This document shows positions 8,522 to 15,635 of a DNA stretch of 46,907 nt, in pieces (position 1 is the stretch's first letter; every line of letters begins with the position of its first letter). The DNA comes from Candidatus Limnocylindria bacterium (lineage in GTDB: Bacteria; Chloroflexota; Limnocylindria; QHBO01). The notes under the pieces are model-generated. The model saw only the letters and a list, made by a program, of their open reading frames with translations, was not told the origin of the DNA and searched no databases. The position numbers and the translations under genes were made by a program. Where the stretch lies: positions 1 to 46,907 of the forward strand of contig DASVFG010000043.1 in assembly GCA_036380155.1 (NCBI GenBank). The letters are read 5' to 3'.

Positions 8522-9952
8522 TCAGGCCGATTCGCCGTGGCCGTGCGGGTGCTCGACGAGGCGCGCCGCCATCACGGGCAGCGGCCGCGGATCGGGGTCG
8601 GGCTCGTACTCGTCGGTGTGGTCGTTGACGGCGTAGGTCCATCGGGGGCCGTCATCCGCGATCGCGCGGAGCGCATCGGCGAAGCGGTCGATGTCCGCCG
8701 TCGTCGAGCCAAGGCCGAGGCTCATGCGGGCCGCGCCGGGCAGCCGTTCGTGGTGGCCCGCCCTCGTCTCCTCGAGCAGCCGATGCGCCTCCTCGTCGTT
8801 GACCCTGAGCAGCCGCATCATCAGCGGGTGCGCGCAGAAGCAGCCGTGGCGGATGCCGATGCCGTGCTCGGCCGAGAGGACCGCGGCGAGCAGGTCGTAG
8901 GGCACGCCGCGCAGGTTGAACGTCAGCAGGCCGACCCGCGACGATGCGGCCGGCCAGACGCGGTAGTGCTCGAAGGCCTCGATGGCGCCGAGGCGCTCAC
9001 GGGCGTAGCCGAGCAGTGCCGACTCCTCCGCGGCGATGCGGTCCATGCCGGCCGCCGCGAGGGTGTCGCACGCCACTCCCAGCGCGACGGCGCCGATGAC
9101 GTTCGGTGACCCCGCCTCCTGACGGTCCGGGAGCTCGGCCCACAGGGTCTCGTCGACCGTCACGAGCTTCACCGCGCCGCCACCGCGCAGGAACGGGTCG
9201 CCGGCGCTCAGCCAGTCGCGCTCGCCGATGAGCGCGCCCGCGCCATACGGCGCGTAGAGCTTGTGGCCGGAGAGCGCGAGGTAGTCGATCCCGTCGCGCG
9301 CCATGTCGATCGGCGCGTGGGGCGCCAGCTGAGCGGCATCCACGAGCAGCCGCGCGCCACGGGCGTGGGCGACGCGGGCGATGTCGGCGATCGGCCAGAT
9401 CTCGCCGGTGACGTTCGACGCGCCGGTGACCGCGACGAGATGCGGGTCGCTGCAGTGCGGGAGGTCGAGGAGGGTGTGGTCGAGCCGCTCGAGGAGCTCG
9501 CCGGGGGTTTCGGGGACCGGCAGGAAGCGGACGCCGATCCGCTTCCACGGCAGGAGATTGGCGTGGTGCTCGCCGGCGAAGGCGACGACGTGGGTGCCCT
9601 CCGGCAGCGTGCCGGCCAGCAGGTTGATCGAATCGGTCGTGTTGCGGGTGATGATCACCGCGTCGTCCTCGCGGCCGCCGACGAACTGGCGGATCGACTC
9701 GCGGGCACCCTCGTAGGCGGCGGTCGACGCGCGCGACTTGAACCCGGCGCCGCGATGGACGCTCGAGTACCAGCCGAGGAGCTCCTCGACCGCGTCGTGG
9801 ACCGCCTGGAGCGCAGGCGCAGAGGCGGCGTAGTCGAGGTTGACGTAGCGGGTCGTGCCGCCGGTGACGAGCGGGACCTCGACGTCGGCACCGACGAGGC
9901 GCAGGGCCTCGCTGCCGTGGGCGGACATGGAGGGCGTGCCGGCGGCCGTCAT
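8522..9952 (-). CDS. class-V aminotransferase-fold PLP enzyme (cysteine desulfurase / C-S lyase-like)
   Basis: 476 aa with PLP-lysine motif LSGHKLYAPYG, a conserved late Cys region RHGCFCAHP, and a fold-type I layout. The C-terminal acidic/His-rich tail reads ..DHTDEYEPDPDP..HPHGHGESA. Confidence 0.85.
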   Translation of the reverse strand: MTAAGTPSMSAHGSEALRLVGADVEVPLVTGGTTRYVNLDYAASAPALQAVHDAVEELLGWYSSVHRGAGFKSRASTAAYEGARESIRQFVGGREDDAVIITRNTTDSINLLAGTLPEGTHVVAFAGEHHANLLPWKRIGVRFLPVPETPGELLERLDHTLLDLPHCSDPHLVAVTGASNVTGEIWPIADIARVAHARGARLLVDAAQLAPHAPIDMARDGIDYLALSGHKLYAPYGAGALIGERDWLSAGDPFLRGGGAVKLVTVDETLWAELPDRQEAGSPNVIGAVALGVACDTLAAAGMDRIAAEESALLGYARERLGAIEAFEHYRVWPAASSRVGLLTFNLRGVPYDLLAAVLSAEHGIGIRHGCFCAHPLMMRLLRVNDEEAHRLLEETRAGHHERLPGAARMSLGLGSTTADIDRFADALRAIADDGPRWTYAVNDHTDEYEPDPDPRPLPVMAARLVEHPHGHGESA

Positions 9953-9972
9953 CGGCCCATCCTACGAGCCCG

Positions 9973-10710
9973 TCAAGGCAGGAAGACGAGCTTTGCCGCC
10001 GCGATGACGAGGACGAGCGCCAACGCGCGCCGAAGGTTGAGGATGCTGAAGCGTCTGGCGCCGACCCAGGAACCGATGAGCCCGCCTGCCACGACGGCCG
10101 CGATCCAGAGCGGCAGCCCGTCGGGCAGTACGAGCCCGCCGCTGACGAGCCCCGCCAGCCCCGAGAGGGAGTTGGCGAGGATGAAGGCCCCCGACAGGCC
10201 GGCCGCGTCACGGGTGCCCGTCCACGCCGCCAGGACGAGGAGCGGCGTGAGGAAGATGCCACCGCCCGTCCCGGTCAGGCCCGCGAGGAGTCCGATGCCG
10301 GCGCCGGCCAGGATGCCGGGTAGCACGGGGACGCCGCGCGTCGGCGCCTCGTGGTCCGCGCGCGCCGTGGCCAGGCGCCACGCTCCGGCCACGAGTGCGA
10401 TCGCCACCAGCGGCCGGTAGATCTCGCCGGGCAGGTCGATCGTCCCTCCGAGATAGGCGGCGGGGATCGACCCCACGACCAGCGGGACGAGCGGGCGCCA
10501 CGGCAGGTGGCCCGCGCGCGAGAAGCGCACGACGACGATCGAGGCAACGAACAGGTTGAGGACGAGCGCCGTCGGTCGCATGACGTCCGGGGTGAGCCCG
10601 ACGATCGCCATGGCGGCGAGGTAGGCCGATGCGCCGGCGTGCCCGACGCTCGCGTAGAGGGCCGCCGCCGCGAAGAAGAGCGCGGCGAGGATGAGGACCT
10701 CGGCGTCCAC
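9973..10710 (-). CDS. TauE/SafE family sulfite/anion exporter
   Basis: 245 aa, about 7-8 TM segments, with the internally duplicated Gly-rich pattern (GAGIGLLAGLTGTGGGIFLTPLL) typical of TauE/SafE. Confidence 0.85.
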   Translation of the reverse strand: MDAEVLILAALFFAAAALYASVGHAGASAYLAAMAIVGLTPDVMRPTALVLNLFVASIVVVRFSRAGHLPWRPLVPLVVGSIPAAYLGGTIDLPGEIYRPLVAIALVAGAWRLATARADHEAPTRGVPVLPGILAGAGIGLLAGLTGTGGGIFLTPLLVLAAWTGTRDAAGLSGAFILANSLSGLAGLVSGGLVLPDGLPLWIAAVVAGGLIGSWVGARRFSILNLRRALALVLVIAAAKLVFLP

Positions 10711-10713
10711 CGC

Positions 10714-11262
10714 TCAGCCGGCGGTGGCGGACGGGTCGTCGCGGCGGAGGAGGATGCCGAGGTACGCCTTCCACGGACCGACGTCGGCATCGTGGCTGGC
10801 GGCCATGGCGGCGAACACCTGGGCGGTGTGGTCGAGATCGTGGACGGCCCAGGTCGAGATGAGCTCGCGGAGCGTGACCTCGCCGAGGCTCGGATGCAGG
10901 CCGCGCCGATCGAGGTCGGCGTCGGTCGCAAGCTCCGCGAGGCGGGCCAGGTTTGCGGCGCGCAGGGTGGCGAATCGGTCGAGGAGCTCGTCGAGGGTCG
11001 CATCGGCGTCGCGGTCCTCGTGGGCGAACCGCTCGAAGCGGTCGAACGGTCGGTCCACGCCGTGCTCCAGGATGCGCTCGGTCCGGGCGATCCAGTCGGT
11101 GAGCTCGCCGGTGATGAGGTGACCGAGCACGTCCTTCGGCCGCCAGCCATTGGCGGGGACGTCGGTGGTCTCGGTCCACGCGTCGTCGATGCCGCCGAGG
11201 AGCGCGCGGAGGACGTCCGGCGTGCGACGGAGGAGGTCGGTGGCCTCGGCGATCGTCGTCAT
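10714..11262 (-). CDS. DinB-family (DinB_2) four-helix-bundle protein
   Basis: This is the C-terminal 182 codons of ORF 10714..12411, starting at ATG 11262 (MTTIAEATDLL..). His triad context: DVLGHL ... WAVHDLDHTAQ. The ATGA overlap with the upstream reductase stop lies at 11259-11262. Confidence 0.8.
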   Translation of the reverse strand: MTTIAEATDLLRRTPDVLRALLGGIDDAWTETTDVPANGWRPKDVLGHLITGELTDWIARTERILEHGVDRPFDRFERFAHEDRDADATLDELLDRFATLRAANLARLAELATDADLDRRGLHPSLGEVTLRELISTWAVHDLDHTAQVFAAMAASHDADVGPWKAYLGILLRRDDPSATAG

Positions 11263-12608
11263 CGCGGGAGGTCGCGGTCGGCGTTGATGAACGCCGTGCC
11301 GAGGACGCGCGCGACGGTCGGGAACGCGTGGATCGTGTCGGCAAGGACCGCGATCGGGATGCGGGCGCGGAGGGCGAGCACGCACTCGTGGATCGTCTCG
11401 CTCACGCCGAGCCCGGCGAGAAACGCGCCGACCAGGATCCGCTCGCGACGGTCGACGACGATCGTGCAGTGGCCCGTGGACTGGGTCGTGTAGCCCTTCG
11501 CCGAGGTGCCGATGTCGACGGTGTACTCGGCGGCGTCGATGCCGCGCTCCTTCGCCTGCTCGAGCAGCAGCCCGACCGATGCGGTCTCGGGCGTCGTGTA
11601 CGTCGCGCGCGGGATGGCGTCGAGGAACGGGCGAAATTCCGTGTCGCCGAGCGCGATGCGGGCCGCGGCCTCCCCTTCGTAGTGGCCGAGGTGGGTGTGC
11701 ATCTCGGGGCCGGCCACGTCGCCCGCCACGTACACGCCGTCGGCGAGCCGCAGCCGATCGTCGACCTCGAGGCGGCCGCCCTTCGGGGTCACTCCGATCG
11801 TCTCGAGCCCCAGGCCATCGACCGGGAAGTCGCGGCCGATGGCGAGCAGGATCTCGTGCCCCTCGGCGGTGCTGCCGTCGTCCAGCTCGACGACGTGGGC
11901 GCCGCCACGGGGCGCCGCCTGGACGCGGACCGCGCGCCGGCCGAGGCGGAGGCGGACGCCCTCGGCTTCGAGGGCCGCGCCGAGCAGCTCGGACGAGCGG
12001 CGATGCTCCTTGTCGTGGACCCGGTCGCGGGGATGGACGAGCGTGACCGGCACGCCGTAGCGCGCGTAGACCTGGGCGAGCTCCACGCCCGTCGGCCCGG
12101 CGCCGAGGATGAGGAGCGACTTCGGCAGCTCCCGCGTCCCGGTGCCCTGCACGTTCGTCCACGGCTGGGCCGCCTCGAGCCCGGGCAGGTCGTGGGGCAC
12201 GCGGCTCACGGAGCCGACGGCGAGGATGATCGATTCGGCCTGGAGGAGCTGGTCGCCGACCCGGACCTGGTGCGGCCCGGCGAGCGCAGCCGACCCTCGG
12301 ATCACCGTGGCGCCGGCATCCTCGAGCGCGCGAACGTGGCCGCCGTCGTTCGGTGCCTCGGTCCCTTCGCGGTTGATCATGTAGTCGCGGAAGTCCGACG
12401 CCTTCGCCCACGGGTAGTCACCGCCGGCGTGGTGGACCGATGCGGCGTGGAGCAGCGCCTTCGACGGCATGCACGCCCAGAACGGGCATGACCCGCCGAA
12501 CAGTCCGCGGTCGATGACGGCCACCGACGCTCCCTGGGCGCGGGCGTAGTTCGTTGCCGCCTCGCCCGCCGTGCCGGCGCCGATGACGACGAGGTCGAAG
12601 CGATCCAT
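11259..12608 (-). CDS. flavoprotein disulfide reductase family oxidoreductase (dihydrolipoyl dehydrogenase / mercuric reductase-like)
   Basis: Starts at ATG 12608 (MDRFDLVVIGAGTAGEAA). Redox-active motif GGSCPFWACMPSK, a second Rossmann motif LLILGAGPTGVELA, and a C-terminal dimerisation domain ending ..IHAFPTVARVLG. Confidence 0.85.
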   Translation of the reverse strand: MDRFDLVVIGAGTAGEAATNYARAQGASVAVIDRGLFGGSCPFWACMPSKALLHAASVHHAGGDYPWAKASDFRDYMINREGTEAPNDGGHVRALEDAGATVIRGSAALAGPHQVRVGDQLLQAESIILAVGSVSRVPHDLPGLEAAQPWTNVQGTGTRELPKSLLILGAGPTGVELAQVYARYGVPVTLVHPRDRVHDKEHRRSSELLGAALEAEGVRLRLGRRAVRVQAAPRGGAHVVELDDGSTAEGHEILLAIGRDFPVDGLGLETIGVTPKGGRLEVDDRLRLADGVYVAGDVAGPEMHTHLGHYEGEAAARIALGDTEFRPFLDAIPRATYTTPETASVGLLLEQAKERGIDAAEYTVDIGTSAKGYTTQSTGHCTIVVDRRERILVGAFLAGLGVSETIHECVLALRARIPIAVLADTIHAFPTVARVLGTAFINADRDLPR

Positions 12609-12631
12609 GCCCGGAATACTGGCACGGGCGC

Positions 12632-13789
12632 TCACCCGGCGCCGACCTCGCGGCCGCCGATCCAGGTGCGCATGGGTCGCACCGCACCGAGTCGCAGGGC
12701 GAAGGCCCCTTCGTGGTCGGCATCCCACGCGACGAGGTCGGCCGGCGCCCCGACCTCGAGCCGGCCGAGGAGCGAGTCGCCCAGCGCGGCGCCCCCACCC
12801 GACGTGGCGGCGGTGAGCGCCTCGACCGCGGTCATGCCGAGGAGCGTGGCCCCGAGGCCGACGATGAGCGGCATCGTTCCGTGCCCTCCGTACGTGCCCG
12901 CGTTCGCGTCCGAGGCGAGCGCCACCGTGGCCCCGGCGTCGAGGAGCGCCCGCGCAGGCGGGAGGTGATCGCGGAGCACGACGGCCGGTGCCGGCAGCAG
13001 GGTCGCGACCGTCGCGCTGCCAGCCAGGGCGATGACGCCGTCGCTGTCCAGCTGCTCGAGGTGGTCGACCGATGCGGCCCCCAGCCGCACGCCGAGCTCC
13101 GTGGCGCCGGTCCGCGCCAACTGGTCGGCGTGGAGCCGGATCCCGAGGCCGGCGGCCCGTGCCGCTTCCGCGATCCGTTCGGAGTCGTCGAGCGAGAAGA
13201 AGCCGGCGTCGCAGAACACATCGACGAACGTGGCGAGGCCCTCCGCGGCGACGGCCGGGATCATCGTCGCCGCGACGCGCTCGGCATGATCCGCCGCCGA
13301 CGCGGATTCGGGCGGGACCGCGTGTGCGCCGAGGAACGTGGGCACCACGCGGACCGGGACCCGTGCCGCCACGCGGTGGAGGATCCGGAGGTGCCGCAGC
13401 TCCTCGTCGAGCGACAGCCCGTAGCCCGACTTGCACTCGACGGTGGTGGTGCCGGCGGCGAGCGCCGCGCGAATGCGTCCCTCGACGAGCTGCTCGAGCG
13501 TCTCGTCCGACGCGGCGCGCGTCTCGGCGACCGTGCGGAGGATGCCGCCCCCGTCGTAGCGGGCGCCCTCGAGCCGCGCCGCCGCCTCGTCGGCGCGGTC
13601 GCCGGCGAAGACCGGATGGGTGTGGCTGTCGACGAGGCCCGGCGTGACGAGCGCAGTCCCGAGGTCGACACGGTCCGCATCGGCCGCCTCCGACGGGTCA
13701 CCGATCCAGGCGATGCGCCCTTCCTCGATGCGGAGCGCCCAGGGTGAGCGTCCGGAGGGCGCGAGGCGGCCGGTGCCGACGAGCAGCAT
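12632..13789 (-). CDS. hutI: imidazolonepropionase
   Basis: Starts at ATG 13789 (MLLVGTG..). Metal motif VDSHTHPVFAG, ECKSGYGLSLD, LHADQL, and a late Asp (ALASDANAGT). 385 aa. Confidence 0.85.
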   Translation of the reverse strand: MLLVGTGRLAPSGRSPWALRIEEGRIAWIGDPSEAADADRVDLGTALVTPGLVDSHTHPVFAGDRADEAAARLEGARYDGGGILRTVAETRAASDETLEQLVEGRIRAALAAGTTTVECKSGYGLSLDEELRHLRILHRVAARVPVRVVPTFLGAHAVPPESASAADHAERVAATMIPAVAAEGLATFVDVFCDAGFFSLDDSERIAEAARAAGLGIRLHADQLARTGATELGVRLGAASVDHLEQLDSDGVIALAGSATVATLLPAPAVVLRDHLPPARALLDAGATVALASDANAGTYGGHGTMPLIVGLGATLLGMTAVEALTAATSGGGAALGDSLLGRLEVGAPADLVAWDADHEGAFALRLGAVRPMRTWIGGREVGAG

Positions 13790-13797
13790 CGGTCCGG

Positions 13798-13944
13798 TCA
13801 GAGGACGCGGCGGCCGGTGAGGAGTCGGTAGATGACGATGACGAGCGCGACGATGAGCAGGAGGTGGATGAAGCCCCCGGCCGCTCGCAGGAGGAAGCCG
13901 AGGAACCACAGGAAGACGAGGACGCCGACGATGACCCACAGCAT
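13798..13944 (-). CDS. lmo0937-family small membrane protein (48 aa)
   Basis: Hand-translated; below the ORF-track size cutoff. Sequence: MLWVIVGVLVFLWFLGFLLRAAGGFIHLLLIVALVIVIYRLLTGRRVL. It forms two TM helices, shows uniformly high GC3, and ends in the GRRV tail typical of the family. Confidence 0.7.
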   Translation of the reverse strand: MLWVIVGVLVFLWFLGFLLRAAGGFIHLLLIVALVIVIYRLLTGRRVL

Positions 13945-13950
13945 GCGCGG

Positions 13951-13956
13951 AGCGTA
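13951..13956 (-). promoter_or_regulatory. candidate -10 element TACGCT, leaderless start of the lmo0937-like gene
   Basis: Minus-strand TACGCT lies 6 nt upstream of ATG 13944. Confidence 0.3.
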
Positions 13957-13969
13957 CCGCACGGGACGC

Positions 13970-13975
13970 TACACT
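13970..13975 (+). promoter_or_regulatory. candidate -10 element TACACT, leaderless start of the RR-flavoprotein gene
   Basis: A TAnnnT hexamer 7 nt upstream of ATG 13983 with no Shine-Dalgarno sequence. The intergenic space is only 38 nt. Confidence 0.35.
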
Positions 13976-13982
13976 CGCCGCC

Positions 13983-15635
13983 ATGGCGGCCAAGCCGGCG
14001 ATCCTCGCGGTCGATGACGACGCGCCGGTGCTGCGGGCGATCGAGCGCGACCTGCGCGCGCGATTCGGAACGGAGTACCGGGTGCTTGCCGCGGGCTCGG
14101 CTGCCGAGGCGCTCGAGCTCGTCACCGAGCTGACGCGACGCGGTGATGTCGTAGCGCTCTTCGTCGTCGACCAGCGGATGCCGGAGACGACCGGGATCGA
14201 GTTCCTCCGCGACGCGCTCCCCCTGCAGCCGGCCGCCAAGCGCGTGCTGCTGACCGCCTACGCGGACACCGAGGTCGCGATCGCGGCGATCAACGACATC
14301 CGTCTCGACCAGTACCTGCTCAAGCCGTGGGACCCGCCCGAGGAGCGGCTCTACCCGGTGGTCGACGATCTGCTCGACGACTGGCGCGCCACGTTCCGCC
14401 CGGCGTTCGAGGGCCTGCGCCTCCTCGCCGGCCGCTGGGCGCCTCGCGGCCACGACCTGCGCGACTTCCTGACCCGCAACCAGGTGCCGTACGCCTGGCT
14501 CGACCCGGAGGGCGATGACGAGGGTCGGCGCGTCGCCGCGACCCTCGCAGGGCGGATCACCTCCGCGACGCCCGTCGTCCTCCTCCCGGACGGCCGCGTC
14601 CTCACCGATCCGACGAACCGGGATCTGGCCGCGGCCATCGGGCTGTCGACGCACGCCGCGCTGCCGTTCTACGACCTCGTCATCGTCGGCGCCGGTCCGG
14701 CCGGGCTGGCGGCCGCGGTCTACGGCTCGAGCGAGGGGCTGCGCACGTTGCTCGTGGAACGCGAGGCGCCCGGTGGCCAGGCCGGCACCACGAGCCGTAT
14801 CGAGAACTACCTCGGCTTCCCGTCCGGACTCAGTGGCAGCGACCTCGCGCGACGGGCACTCACCCAGGCGCGCCGCCTCGGGACCGAGATCCTGTCGTCG
14901 CAGGAGGCGGCCGGGCTGCGCCGCGACGACCCGTATCGGACGCTCGTGCTCGACGACGGCAGCGAGCTGTCGTGCCAGGCCGTCGTCATCGCCACCGGCG
15001 TCTCGTATCGCCAGCTCGACGTGCCCGGCGCGGCCGAGCTGTCCGGTCGCGGCGTGTACTACGGCGCGGCCACCACCGAGGCGCTCCTCTACCGGGACGC
15101 GGAGGTCGCCGTCATCGGGTCCGGCAATTCGGCCGGGCAGGCGGCGGTGCATCTCGCACGCTTCGCCTCGAGCGTCCATCTCGTCATCCGCGGCGCTGAC
15201 CTCGGCCGCACGATGAGCGCCTACCTCGTGGACCAGATCGCGGCGGTGCCCAACCTCACCGTCCACCCGCACTGGGAGGCGTCCGCGTTCCACGGCGAGT
15301 CCCACCTCGAGCGCGCGACGTTCGCCACACCCGACGGCGAGCAGGAGCTCGGGGTCGCGGCGGCGTTCGTCTTCATCGGCCAGCAGCCGCGCACGGCGTG
15401 GCTCGAGGGCGCCGTCGAGCGCGACCAGCGTGGGTTCGTCCTCTCCGGTCCGGACCTCGCCCCGCCGGTGGCCGGCTGGAGCCTCGAGCGCCAGCCGTAC
15501 CTGCTCGAGACGAACGTGCCCGGCGTGTTCGCGGCGGGCGACGTCCGCCATTCCTCGGTCAAGCGGATCGCGAGCGCGGTGGGGGATGGCGCCATGGCCG
15601 TCCAGCTCGTGCACACCTACCTGGCCACGCTGTGA
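13983..15635 (+). CDS. fused response regulator / thioredoxin-reductase-like FAD-dependent oxidoreductase (no CxxC)
   Basis: Receiver domain: AVDDD, phospho-acceptor Asp in VVDQRMP, LLKPW. A Trx/Grx-fold-like linker follows. The TrxR-type module reads VIVGAGPAGLAAA, VIGSGNSAGQAA, FAAGDVR. The site of the canonical CATC reads YYGAATTE. Confidence 0.88.
   Translation: MAAKPAILAVDDDAPVLRAIERDLRARFGTEYRVLAAGSAAEALELVTELTRRGDVVALFVVDQRMPETTGIEFLRDALPLQPAAKRVLLTAYADTEVAIAAINDIRLDQYLLKPWDPPEERLYPVVDDLLDDWRATFRPAFEGLRLLAGRWAPRGHDLRDFLTRNQVPYAWLDPEGDDEGRRVAATLAGRITSATPVVLLPDGRVLTDPTNRDLAAAIGLSTHAALPFYDLVIVGAGPAGLAAAVYGSSEGLRTLLVEREAPGGQAGTTSRIENYLGFPSGLSGSDLARRALTQARRLGTEILSSQEAAGLRRDDPYRTLVLDDGSELSCQAVVIATGVSYRQLDVPGAAELSGRGVYYGAATTEALLYRDAEVAVIGSGNSAGQAAVHLARFASSVHLVIRGADLGRTMSAYLVDQIAAVPNLTVHPHWEASAFHGESHLERATFATPDGEQELGVAAAFVFIGQQPRTAWLEGAVERDQRGFVLSGPDLAPPVAGWSLERQPYLLETNVPGVFAAGDVRHSSVKRIASAVGDGAMAVQLVHTYLATL

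Noticed and set aside
8522-9952. Encapsulin (family 2A) cargo cysteine desulfurase
   Set aside because: No encapsulin shell gene is adjacent and the protein lacks the long disordered N-terminal targeting extension. The neighbours are TauE and a membrane protein.
11259-13436. Apparent giant fused ORFs (11259..13436, 12632..14239, 10714..12411, 21522..22970, 23107..25053, 35735..37996, 37962..39560, 41484..43328, 44905..46137)
   Set aside because: Only the C-terminal parts show real domains. The N-terminal extensions read through the upstream gene in another frame and have junk composition. Internal ATG/GTG starts that give 4-nt overlaps or short gaps with the upstream stop fit far better.
13698-15614. 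638-aa minus-strand ORF opposite the RR-flavoprotein gene
   Set aside because: It is antisense to a gene with unmistakable receiver and Rossmann motifs. It has junk composition (R/G/E/D runs) and a Ser-rich tail from reading the micro-protein gene out of frame.
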